64,000 nucleotides of DNA. It comes from Basidiobolus meristosporus CBS 931.73 (taxonomy: Eukaryota > Fungi > Basidiobolomycota). Of this stretch, positions 47,801 to 60,249 are shown piece by piece (position 1 is the stretch's first letter; the number at the start of each line of letters is the position of its first letter). The position numbers and the translations under genes were made by a program. The stretch covers positions 1-64,000 of the forward strand of contig MCFE01000046.1 in the NCBI GenBank assembly GCA_002104905.1, read 5' to 3'. The notes beneath the pieces were generated by a model that saw only the letters and a program-made list of their open reading frames with translations, was not told the origin of the DNA and did no database searches.

Positions 47801-50800
47801 CCCGTTGGATGGTCACTTCACTGGATGGCTTCTCTGTTACGGAATGCTTGTAGGTTACTGTTGGCTCGGTAACGGTCACTGTAGGTTCGGAGACAGTCAC
47901 GTCAATTGATGTATCATGTCGTATGGTCACCTCCTTCGAGGCCTCTTTTGTAACAGAGTGCTTATAGGTCACAGCAGGCTCAGTTACGGTGATAGTTGGC
48001 TCAGTAACTGTCACATCGACAGATGTTTCCCGTTGGATGGTCACTTCACTGGATGGCTTCTCTGTTACGGAATGCTTGTAGGTTACTGTTGGCTCGATAA
48101 TGGTCACTGTAGGTTCGGAGGCCGTCACTTCAATTGACGTATCATGTCGTATGGTCACCTCCTTCGAGGCTTCTTTCGTGACAGAGTGCTTATAGGTCAC
48201 AGTGGGTTCAGTTATGGTGACAGTTGGTTCAGTAACTGTCACATCGACAGATGTTTCCCGTTGGATGGTCACTTCACTGGATGGCTTCTCTGTTACGGAA
48301 TGCTTGTAGGTTATTGTTGACTCAGTGACGGTCACTGTAGGTTCGGTGACAGTGATGTCAATTGATGTATCATGTCGTATGGTCACTTCCTTCGAGGCCT
48401 CTTTCGTGACGGAGTACTTATTGGTCACCGTCGGCTCAGTAACCGTAACAGTTGGCTCGGTGATTGTTATATCCACTGAGGCCACTCGTTGAATAGTCAT
48501 CTCGCTGGATGGCTTCTCCGTTACGGAATGTTTGTAGGTTACTGTTGGCTCAGTGATGGTCACTGTAGGCTCGGTGACAGTTATTTCAACCGATGTATCA
48601 TGTTGAACAGTTACCTCCTGGGATGCTTCCTTTGTAACCGAGTGCATGAAAGTCACGGTGGGTTCAGTTACGGTGACAGTTGGCTCGGTAATGGTTACAT
48701 CGACTGATGTTTCCCGCTGGATAGTCACTTCACTAGATGGCTTCTCAGTAACCGAATGCTCATAGGTTACCGTTGGCTCGGTAATAGTTGCGGTAGGCTC
48801 AGTGATAATCACTTCGATTGATGTGTCATGTTGAATGGTCACCTCCCGTGAAGCTTCCTTGGTGACAAAGTGCTTAAAAGTTACAGTAGGCTCGGTCATC
48901 GTGAGGGTTGGCTCGGTAATCGTAACATCGATTGATGCTTCTGGTTGAATAGTCACCTCGGCCGATGGTTTTTTGGTTATGGATTGACGGTAGGTTATTG
49001 TTGGCTCAGTGACGGTTACAGCTGGTTCAGTTAGTGTAATATTAATTGATACATCTGGGTGAACTGTGACTTCCCTAGAAGGTTGCTTAGTTATAGAATG
49101 CTCATAGGTCACTGTAGGTTCAGTCACTGTAATCGTTGGCTCAGTGATGGTAATCCCACTAGAAATGGTGGGTCTTTCCGTTATATTGTTGTGGGGTTTG
49201 ATCGTAACCGAGTAGAGATCGGTGCTGGTGGGTTCAGTTACAGTGATGGTCGGCTGCTTTGATAGTAACATTACTCGAAACAACAGGCTGCACTGTCATC
49301 TTATGTCCCTCCTGGGTGTAAGAATAAACCATTGTTTGAGTAGGCTCAGTGATCGTCACTTGGGGTTCCGTAACCGTAGTCTCAATAGAGATGGTAGGCT
49401 GCACTATCACTTCAGCCGAAGTATTGCTCGACACAGAACGTTCACCGGAAGAGTGCACAGAGTCACTCATGGCAGAGCCTTGACTGCTTACGGAGTGAGG
49501 TTTCTCATTCGCCTTCGTGTGGTGATTTTCTCTGGAGGAATACTCCGAATCAGCATGAGACTCGCTTTTAACGGACTTGTGCTTGGCGTGAGTTACCCCG
49601 GAAGAGTTAGACTTCCATGTAGGTATCGAGTGATGACCTTCACTGCTAGAACGCTTGGATTCAGTTGGATGCAGAGATTCCTCGGGATGGCTACTCTTAG
49701 CAGTGGCATGAGTTGTGTGAGCTCCGCTTGATGAATGATACCTTTCGCTATGCGTCAAATGGCGACTTTCACTGCTAGATTGCTCAGACTCGGTGTGGTG
49801 AGCCGATTTCTCTGAATGCTCACTCTTGACAGGAGCGTGGTTGGTGAGAGTTTCGCTTGAGTAATGTGACTCTTCAGTCGGCTTCGTATGGTGACTCTCA
49901 CTGCTAGAATGCTCGAAATCAGTGGACTTCTCACTGTGAACGGATCCATGCTTAGCTGGAGTTCCACTTGAGGAATGAGGCTTCTCTTGATGACTTTCAA
50001 TAGAAGAATGCTCAGAATCGGTGTGATGAGCAGGCTTCTCGGAATGATGACTCTCAACAGTCACATGCTCAGAATGGGTCTTGGAAGGTGTCAGATGGCG
50101 AATTTCACTGCTCGGATGCTCAGAATCCGAATGATGAGCTGATTTCCTGGTATGCTCACTCTTCACGGTTATGTGCTCTGAGTGAGGTGCACTTGAAGAA
50201 CGAGGCTTCTCAGTGGACTTCGCATCATGACTGCTACTGTTGGAATGCTTGGAATCCATGCGATGAGCCGATTTCGCAGAATGCTCACTCTTGATGGACA
50301 CATGCCTCGTGTAGGTTCCACTTGAGATGTGTGGCTTCCCAGTAGGCTCCACATGGCGACTTTCACTGCCAGCATGCTCGGATTTCGTAGGAATAAAAGA
50401 TTTCTCAGTATGCTTGCTATTATCAGACTCATGTTTAGCTGGAGTCCCGCTTGAGGAGTGAGGCTGCTCATGATGACTTTCCCTAGAAGAATACTCAGAA
50501 CCGGTGTGATGTGCAGAGTCCGCAGTGTGGTGGCTCGTGACAGTCTCATGTCTAGAGTAAGTCTCGGTAGAAGTCAGATGGCGACTTTCACTGCTAGATT
50601 GCTCAGCATCCGAATGATGAGCAGGTCTCACGGCATGCCCACTCCTAATGGACCCGTGCTTTTTTTGAGTCACACTTGAGAAATGAGGCTTCTCAGTGGG
50701 CTTCACGTGGAGGCTTTTGCTGCTAAAATGGTTGGAATCAGTCTTGTGAACCGATTTCTCCGTATGCTCAGTCTTGGCGGATGTGTGCTTAGTATGAATT

Positions 50801-53800
50801 CCGCTTGAGGAATGAAGTTGCTGAGTAGACTTCTCGGGATGACCTTCAGCAGAAGAATGGTCAGTTTCGGTGTGAGGAGCAGAGTTCTCGGAGTGGTGAC
50901 TCTTTACAGTCTTATGCACGGAGTGGGTTTCGGAAGGTGTCAGAGGGTGATTCTCACGGCTAGAATGCTCGGAGTGGGCGGGGTGGATTGATATCTCAGT
51001 ATGCTCACTCTTATTTGACTCGTGCTTGGCGGGGGTTTCACTTGAAGAATGAGGCTTTTCGGTAGGTTTTACGTGGTGATTTTCACTGTCAGAATGCTTG
51101 GAATCCGTGTGATGAACCGATTTCTCCGAATGCTCACTCATGACAGACACGTGCTTGGTAAGAGTTCCAGTCGAGGTGTGAGCTTCCTCAGTGGGCTTCG
51201 GGTGATGATTTGCACTCGTAGAATGCTCGGAATCAGTGGGCTTGGCCGATTTCTCAGTGGGCTCACTCTCAACGGACTCATGGCTAGTGTGAGTTCCACG
51301 CGAGGAACGGGGTTTCTGAGTAGGCTTCTCGTGACGGCTATCACCAGAAGAATGCCCGGAATCGGTGTGAAGAGTTGATTTCTCAGAAGAGTGGCTCTTG
51401 ACAGTCTTATGCTCAGAGGGAGTCTCGGAAGGAGTCAAGCGGTGATTCTCACTACTAGAATGTTGAGCTGATTTCTCCGAGTGGTGACTCTTGTGCTGAG
51501 AGTGAGTTTCGGAAGGTGTTTTATGGTGATCCTCACTAGAGTGCTCAGAATCGGTGTGATGAGCACGTTTCTCGGAATGATGACTCCGGACAGTCTCATG
51601 CTCAGAGGGAGTCTCAGAAGACATCAAATGGCGATTTTCACTGTTAGAATGCTCAGAACCCGAGTGATGAGCTGATTTCACAGTATGCTCACTGCTAATG
51701 GACTCGTGCATTGTGTGAGTTTCACTTGGAGAATGAGGCTTCTCAGTGGGCTTCGCCTGGCTCCTTTCAGTGCTAGAGTGCTCGGAATCCGTGTGATGAG
51801 CAGATTTCTCGGAATGGTGACTCTTAAGTGACTCTTGCTCAGAGTGAATCTTGGAAGGCGACAAATTTGTGGGAGCTGCACTTGAGGAATAAGGCTTTTC
51901 GGTGGGCTTCACATGGTGACTTTCACTGTCGGAGTGCTTGGAATCAGTGGAACGAACTGATTTCTCGGAATGCCCACTCTTGACAGACACACGTTTGGTG
52001 TGAGTTACACCGGGGGGATGAGGCTCTTCCGTGGGTTCAATACGGTGACTCTCAGTGTTCGAATGCTCAGAATCAGTCGTATGAGCCGATTTTCCAGTAT
52101 GCTCACTCCTGGCAGACTTGTGCTTGGCCGGTGTTCCACCAGAAGAATGCGGCTTTTCCGTGGGCTTCACATGACGACCCTCACCGCTGGAATGCTCAGA
52201 TTCGGTATGGTGAGCCGACTTCGCGGTATGCTCACTCTTGGCTGACTCGTGCTTAGCAGGTGTTACAATGGAAGAATGCGGCTTTCCAGTGGGTTTCCTA
52301 TGATGACTTTCACTACCAGAATGCCCAGGCTCAGTGGGACGAGCAGATTTCTCAGTATGCTCACTCTTAGCTGACTCGTGCTTAGCAGGTGTTACGCCAG
52401 AAGAACGAGGCTTCTCCGTAGACTTCACGTAGTGACTTTCACTGCTGAAATGTTCGGAATCGGTGGAACTAGCCGATTCCTCAGTATGCTCACTTTTAAC
52501 GGATTCGTGCTTGGCGTGGGTTCTACCGGAGGAAGGTGACTTTTCGGTAGGCTTCTCGTGATGACTCTCACCAGAAGAATGCTCAGAATGTTGACTCTTG
52601 AAAGTCACATGCATGGAGTGAGTCTCGGAAGGTGTCAGGTGGTGATTCTCACTGCTAGAATGCTCAGAGTCCGAATGATGAGTCGATGTCGCAGTATGCT
52701 CACTCTCAACGGACTCATGCTTTGAGTGGATTACACTCGTGGTCTGTGGCTTCTCCGTAGGCTTCGCAAGGTGACTTTCATTGCTAGAATGCTCAGAATC
52801 AGTGGGTCTAGCTGATTTCTCAGCATGTTCGCTGCTAACGGACTCGTGCTTAACTTGAGTCTCACTTGAGGAGTGAGGTTTCTCGGTAGTAGGTACCTTG
52901 TGATGACTATCACTAGAGGAATGCTCAGAATTGGTGTTGAGAGCAGACCTCACGGAATGGTGGCTCTTCACAGTCTCATGTTCAGAGTGAGTCTTAGTAT
53001 GCGTCAAAGCATGATTTTCACTGTTGGAATACTTGGAATCCGTGTGACGAGCCGATTTCTTCGGATGCTCACTTTCGATAGACACGTGTTTAGTCAAAGT
53101 TCCACTTGAGGTATGAGGTTTCTCGGTAGGTTTCGAATGCTGACTTTCACTGTCGGAGTGCTTGGAATCAGTGGGCTTAGCCGATTTCTCAGTGTGCTCA
53201 CTCTTCGCGGACTTGCGTTTAGCGTGGGTTCCACTCGAGGAATGGGATCTCTCGGTAGGCTTCCCGTGCTGAGTTTCGTTAGTAGAACGTTTGGAATCGG
53301 TGTGATGAGCGGATTTCTCAGAATGATGACTCTTGACAGACTCTCGCTCAGTGTGAGTTTTAGAAGGTGACAAATTTGGAGGAGCTGCACTTGAGGAATG
53401 AGGCTTTTCGGTAGGTTTTACGTGGTGATTTTCACTGTCAGAGTGCTTGGAATCCGTGTGATGAACCGATTTCTCCGAATGCTCACTCATGACAGACACG
53501 TGCTTGGTAAGAGTTCCAGTCGAGGTGTGAGCTTCCTCAGTGGGCTTCGGGTGATGATTTGCACTCGTAGAATGCTCGGAACCAGTGGGCTTGGCCGATT
53601 TCTCAGTGGGCTCACTCTCAACGGACTCATGGCTAGTGTGAGTTCCACGCGAGGAACGGGGTTTCTGAGTAGGCTTCTCGTGACGGCTATCACCAGAAGA
53701 ATGCCCAGAATCGGTGTGAAGAGTTGATTTCTCAGAAGAGTGGCTCTTGACAGTCTTATGCTCAGAGGGAGTCGAGCGGTGATTCTCACTACTAGAATGT

Positions 53801-56800
53801 TGAGCTGATTTCTCCGAGTGGTGACTCTTGTGCTGAGAGTGAGTTTCGGAAGGTGTTTTATGGTGATCCTCACTAGAGTGCTCAGAATCGGTGTGATGAG
53901 CAGGTTTCTCGGAATGATGACTCCGGACAGTCTCATGCTCAGAGGGAGTCTCGGAAGGAGTCGAATGGTGATCTTCGCTGTTAGAATGCTCAGAACCCGA
54001 ATGATGAGCCGATTTCACAGGATGTTCACTCTTTACGGACTCGTGCCTAGTGTGTATTCCACTTGAGGAATGACGCTTCTCGGTAGGCTTCCCTTGATGA
54101 CTTTCACTAGAAGAACGCTCAGAGTTGGTGTGATGAGCCGATTTCACAGATTGGCGACTCGTCACAGTCTTGTGGTTTGTGTGAGTTACACTTGAAGAGA
54201 GAGGCTTCTCAGTAGGCCTCGAGTGGTGGCTTTCCCTACCAGAATGCTTGGATTCAGATGGATTCGCCGATTTCACACTATGTTCACTCTTTACCGATTC
54301 CTGCTCAACGTGGGTTCCACTTGAGGAATGAGGCTTCTCTTGATGACTTTCAATAGAAGAATGCTCAGAATCGGTATGATGTGCTGGTTTCTCCGAGTGA
54401 TGACTCTTTGCGGAATCGTGTTCAGTGTGGGCTTCACTGGATGAATGAGGCTTCTGGGTTTGCTTCGTGTGCTGAGTTTCACTGCTAGGATGCTCGGAAT
54501 CCGTGGGCCTAGCCGATTTCTCAATATGCTCGCTCTTATCAGACTCATGGCTCGGAGTGGACTCTACTTGAGGAAAGTGGCTTCTCGGTAGGTATTGCGT
54601 GACGATTCTCGCTAGCAGAGTGTTCAGAATCCGTGTGATGATCGGTGGGCTTCACACGTGGTGGCTTTTGCTGCTAGAATGGTTGGAATCAGTCTTGTGA
54701 ACCGATTTCTCCGTATGCTCAGTCTTGGCGGATGTGTGCTTAGTATGAATTCCGCTTGAGGAATGAAGATGCTGAGTAGACTTCTCGGGATGGCTTTCAG
54801 CAGAAGAATGGCCAGATTCGGTGTGATGAGCAGAGTTCTCGGAGTGGTGGCTCTTCACAGTCGCATGCTCAGAGTGTGACTCGATAGGTGTTAAGTGGCG
54901 ATTCTCACTGTTAGAATGCTCAGAAACCGAATGATGAGTTGATTTACTGGTATGCTCACTCTTGATACTAATATGCTTTGTGTGGGCTCCACTTGAGCTA
55001 TGTGGCTTCTCAGTGGATTTCGAATGCCGACTTTCACTACTAACATCATGCTTCGTGTGAGTTTCACTTGAAGAGGGAGGCTTCTCAGTGGGCTTCACAT
55101 GCTCCCTTCCATTGGTGGAATGCTTTGAATTGGAGGGATGCCCCGAATTCTCCGAACTCTCCCTCTTAACGGACTCGTGCTCATTGTGTGTTCCGCTGGA
55201 GGAACGCGATTTCTCAGTAGGCTTGGCCCGAGGACTTTCATTAGAAGAGTTCTTGGAAATGGCGTGATGTCCAGATTCAGTATGCTCACTTTCCACTGGC
55301 TTTTGTTTAGTGTGAGTTACACTCAAGGAGTGAGGTTTTTCGGTAGGCTCCACACGCTGGCTTTCGCTGGTAGAATGCTCGGATTCGGAGTGATGAGCTG
55401 ATTCCGTAGAATGCTTACTGTGTACAGTCTTACCCTTAGTATGGGTTTCACTTGGAGAATAAGGCTTCTTAGTAGGTGTCGCATGCTGGCCATCACTGCG
55501 AGTATGCTTAGAATCAGTAGGATGGGCCGATTCCTCAGAATGCACAGTATGAGTTTCACCTGAGGAATGAGACTTGGTAGGCGTCATATACTGACTATCA
55601 CTGTGAAAATGCTTAGAATCAGTGGTATGTGCTGAATTCTCAGTATGCAGACTCCCAATAGTCTCATGCTTGGTGTTCGAGTCACTAGATGAACGAGACT
55701 TCTTCGTGGACTTCACATGCTGATTTTCACTGCGAGAATGCTGGGATACAGTGGAATGAAGACTCTTAACGGACTCGTGTTCAGAGTGGGCTTCACTAGA
55801 AGAATGAGGCTTGTCAGTTGGCTTTGTGTGCTGAGAAGAATGACCAGATTTTATAGGATGAGCTGATTTCTCGCTATCCGTGTTTGTGGCAGACTCGTGT
55901 TTAATAGTGAGTCCCACTTGAGGAATGAGGCTTCCTGGTAGGCGTCAAGTGGTGACTATCAGTGGGATGGACCGAATTCTCAGAATGCTCACTTGTAGAC
56001 TTGCTCTTGGTATGATTTTTGATGGGCGATTGAGATATCGGCATGGACTTTGCGTGGTGAGTTTTCGTTTCAGCTCCCTCTGTATCTGAATGATAAGCAG
56101 ATTGCCCTGAAGATTCGCTCCGTTTAGACCTGAGCTCACTGTTGTGTTCACTGGTGGTTTGTTTTCCAGTAGGCTTCACATCGCTTGTACTCTGTTCAGA
56201 AGTTGGGTGGGCCGAGGGAATCTTGGAGTTGGTCATGTACTTTTTCCGGATTGACTCTGGTACGTTGGCACAATTTGCACCTCCATAGGGAACACACATC
56301 TGGCCATCGGGGCAGTATTGAAGTTGAGGCTTTCCGTCTGGACAACCAATGAATTTGGAACTGACAAATGGCTCGAGGCATTTCGGAACGCATTTTACCG
56401 CTGTGCTTGATGTTATTTCTGCCTTATGGGTTAGGCTATGAGAGTGATCGGGGTGTGTACTGTGGCTTTCGCTTGCTGAATTGGATTTGTCGGTAGGTTT
56501 TGTTTGGATACTTGCAGGGTGAGAATGTTCAGTTTGGGTTGGATGATCCTCACTATGAGAATCCTCTGATTCGGTATGATTACCCGAGTTCTCGGTACTC
56601 TCACTCTTAGTTGGTTCGTGCTCACTGTGGTACAGGCTTGAGGAATGCGACGTCACTGTTGAATCCGTGTGATGGTGTTCACCGGTAGAATGCGCAGATG
56701 GTGAATCTGATTTCTCAGGGCGATTACTTGGACTAGACGCTTCAGATTCGGATGATTGTGAGGTACTGGTGGGCTTCGCAACATGGTTTATGCTGGTTTT

Positions 56801-58030
56801 TGAGATAGACTTGTGTTTTGGTCGAGATGGAGACTTGGTTTGGGATCCAGGCTTCTTAGCCCTGCACTGGTGTTTCCCGTTGACATCCGTGCAGACGTAG
56901 CCCTCTCCACAAGTGTTATAGGTAGGAGGCTGGTTGGACTGACAAACCCTAATCATCGGAGAGACGCCGGAATCCACGCAGCCGGACTTACAATCCGGGC
57001 TGATGGATGGTAATATTGAGGGAGTTTCTACTGCCGCCACTTGATCGGCACATTCAATGTCAATCCACAGTCCTTCCCAAGTAAACAGATCAACACAAAT
57101 TGCATGCTCTATGCAACTTTGAACCGTCCACTTGCCGTCTTTGCATGTAGCATACAAAGGCCCGGTGTCATCATCGAGACACTTGATGTTCACAGGGCAC
57201 AGGTTCGTAGTGGTGTATGTGGTCTTTTGGGTTGTTTTCGGTACCATGGTGGCTACCTGCGTGGTAATGCTCAGGGGCTTTCCCGATCCGGCCGGAATAG
57301 GATGCAAATCTTCACAAACGCCGATATTTGGATTGCACCATTGATGATCGTTGCAAGGGAAATTCTGCCACTCGTTGTTAATGCACCGCTGTTGTAATGA
57401 TTGGCCAGCACAGGTGATCCAGCCATTGGTGCATTCGCCGACATTGGGAGGGGGGTACACCGTAGGCCGATTGGAGTTCATTTTATAGCATTGGGGTATC
57501 ATAAGACCGTTGATGCAGTACGAGTCGCCGGGACATGTGTATTCATACACAACTCCGTGGTCGCAATACTGGTAAGTGTTGTGGTTGCATGTGCTCTTGA
57601 AGGTGCTGGCGTCACACCGTTTCCTTTGGACGAGTGTGTGATGCTCCCGTTGGTACTTGACTTCGTTCTTGACTGACGTGACTTTTCCCACTTTCTCGTG
57701 CTTTACCGGAGTGATCCACTCGCAAGAGACAAGGTACTTGCTCTCTTGGACACATGTGTACGGTTGGCCATTATTGGCTACGCCACAGGTGTCGAGCTCC
57801 CACACCCCATTGACACACTTCCGGTACTGGTTATGATCCAAACACTGAACCTCGTTGTCGTTACAATGCCCGGGCAAAATGGTCACCACGGCGCCGTGTG
57901 AAAAGGTCGTCAGGTGTTGGACGGTGTTGATGCCAGTATTCAGGTCCGTGACAACCTTGGCAGGGATCGATAGGACGTGCCGAGCACTCAGTGCCGCTAC
58001 ACATAGTGCAGATAGTATGCTTCGCCCCAT
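41842..58030 (-). CDS. Giant secreted repeat protein, ~5,370 aa: signal peptide, 6 Cys-rich CBM19-like modules, His/Ser-rich repeats, Thr/Val repeats, C-terminal CBM19-like module; one intron (42235-42174) and four small frameshifting insertions
   Basis: ATG at 58030 begins MGRSILSALCVAALSARHVLS. ORFs 55901-58201, 54652-55917, 49234-54276, 42174-49283 and 41842-42165 join into one repeat-continuous protein after removing +1 (~55904), +2 (~54655), +1 (~54550) and +1 (~49257) bases and splicing a GTAAGC...TAG intron. Confidence 0.85.
42330..47760 (-). repeat. Coding tandem repeat, 96-bp / 32-aa unit (GARTVTVTESDGKVHTIVDRTVTVEPTVSVES), ~55 units
   Basis: A marker variant recurs at 44593, 45361, 46321 and 46897 (spacings 768, 960, 576 = 8, 10, 6 x 96). 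Confidence 0.93.
47760..49400 (-). repeat. Coding tandem repeat, 114-bp / 38-aa unit alternating A/B (228-bp period), ~13 units
   Basis: tgtcacatcgacagatg recurs at 47781, 48009 and 48237; unit TEPTVTVTEPTVTYKHSVTEKPSSEVTIQRETSVDVTV. Confidence 0.9.
49400..56200 (-). repeat. His/Ser/Glu/Thr/Lys-rich coding repeats (43-aa and 36-aa units) with internal segmental duplications
   Basis: Units such as HESAKSEHTAKSAHHTESEHSSGEGRHVKPTEKPHSSGGTPAK; 51049-51378 recurs at 53398-53727 (+2349). Confidence 0.9.
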
Positions 58031-59861
58031 GTTGAAGTCGGCGTGTATCCCCAGCCGGGGTGCATATATATACCCCTCTGGCTGTGCTCCAACCCCCTCG
58101 TTTTTCTCTAGGGACTTTGCGACTTCGAGCAGCTGCAATGACCGGATTCGATTGGGATGCCGGCTATGTTTAGAGCCATATCGATTGGGGTGTGTTTCCA
58201 AAAGAAGCGGATTGTTTTACCCGATCTTGCTTCGTGTATTGCTTGGCCACTAGCTTCATTCATCGGTGGTGTGGACTACAGTATGTAAATGGAATTCTAT
58301 GCGTAGACAGGGGAGGGCCAATACACTCGATAGCCGAGCAATTCCCATCTTGAGACAGATTCATTGGTTAGGTATGAACACGACTCTGGTTCCGGCTGTT
58401 GGGATGATGTGATGCGGTCGAGCATTCTATTGGTCGAGGTGGCAAGTTGTTTTGGAGGCCAGACAGCCTCCCGAGTCATATACCTGGTCACCGAGACAGT
58501 GATATGGGTGACGGCTCGGGGTTAAAGTGCACCCAGATTACGGAGCACACGCTCACCCACCGACAAGGGCTGAGCGCTACCGCCGCGAAGAGACGCGGAT
58601 CAGCATCGCCAGCGTTCCCCTTCTATGCGAGAGCCAGAATATCATCGCCCTGGCCCGGATATGGCATATGGATATCAAGCAACAACGTGAGCAGCATGTC
58701 ATATCAACAACCATATGCCAACTCAGGCAATCCAAATGATCATCACTTGGATTTTGGCAACGCATCAGGCAATCCACTTCTGATAGCCTCATTTAAAGAA
58801 GTCAGTAGTCCTAGCCTCCAGGTTCGTTTCCGGCAATAACACTCCATTTCCAATCCCAAACCAGGCAACCCTGCTCACTAGCGAGGTTCGCTTTTTATAA
58901 CAGCCTATCTCAACATTGGTTCAGCATGGCGTTTGATTGGACCACGGTGCCGAATTTCTGGGTGGGTCCAAGAATGTACAATCCGAATATATTCGTATAT
59001 CACGTCATGGGATTTTTCAAGCCTAGAACTTCGGACGGTGGCGAAAACAAGTACACATATATATATATGTATATCATTCACTCGCAGTCTGACCAGAATG
59101 TAGTGGTAGTCGCTTAACTATTTTATGGTTGGTCAACAGGTTTGATTCCCCTTTTGGTTGGTAATCTCCAAGCAACATTCCCAACCCAAATGCTTTCAAG
59201 CCTTGTCTAAATGAGTTCGATGCCCCCTTAATATACGTTTTACGCCATATATGTAGCTGATTGTGAATATGGGTTCAGTGAAGCAAGATACATGCGCTGG
59301 GTCCGTGGTTTTTTGAGTGGTAGGGCCCCCAGCAATATTCCAAGCATGCCAGGTCCAAGAGTTCTCCGGATTTTGCTACGGTTTGTCTCCACCAATGGGT
59401 GCTGTCACTACGACATGCTGTCCTTGACGAGTATGCTTGCACTCTTTGGTCTACAGAGTTTCAACACGTGTCTGCGCACTTTTTCCACACAAGGCTCGCG
59501 AATGCGGAATCCACAGCATCAAGGTTTGACAATCCACCTCCAAAGGGCTCGATTTCGGTCATACCAATCTGCCATGCAGGATCGCTGATTGAAATGGTAC
59601 CTGGAGATTGGGATCTATCAATTTCGATGATTTGCGCCGGACGGCTAGAATTATATGATGATTAGATCTAGCTCACTTGGATCAATGCAAAGTTTATCCC
59701 TAGGCAGACAGGAATATTTTGCCATGTTCACTGGTGCCTGCACAACACACATTTAGCCGTGTCTCATTGAATGTAAGAAAGATGTGTTGGCCATACTCAG
59801 GAAATACAAAGCTGCATTGTGATGTGGGGCTAGCAAAGAGCCAAGAAATTCAGCTCCCTTT

Positions 59862-60210
59862 TGTTGTGAATTTTGTAATTTCACCTAAATATTCACCTAA
59901 CTGAGTCACTTTGATCATCAACTACAAATCCTAGAGAATACTGACCAAATCTCTTGTTGGGAGTTACTTTGAATATTTTTCACCAAAATACCAGGTACCC
60001 ATAGGATGGAAAGTTCAGCAAGTTGTCCAAACAGCCCCAAAACTTCCTCACTTGTTCTTGGGACCTTCCTAAGCATGTTCCATATGTTTTTTTGCCAAGA
60101 TTGTGTAATAGTACAAATACCACTTTTACATTCAGTAAATCACTGAGTGATTACCACATAATCAACTTGCTCTCCCAATCACTTCCAATATCCTCAAACC
60201 TTTTACAACA
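59862..60210 (+). mobile_element. Diverged Copia solo LTR (349 bp)
   Basis: TGTTGTGAA...TTACAACA, collinear with 35509-35857; no clear target-site duplication. Confidence 0.85.
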
Positions 60211-60249
60211 CTCTGAACGCAAAGTTCTGTTAAGTTGGCCATACAGCCT

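Noticed and set aside
43026-47909. Long plus-strand ORFs (497 and 826 aa) and many 60-aa ORFs opposite the giant gene
   Set aside because: Shadows of a 96-bp coding repeat: one stop-free unit propagates through the array.
42330-49400. Regular 96/114-bp periodicity as a CRISPR-like or satellite array
   Set aside because: No repeat-spacer alternation; units are multiples of 3 within one ORF.
58240-59860. Short ORFs upstream of the giant gene
   Set aside because: No recognisable domain or consistent splice pattern; treated as promoter/intergenic sequence.
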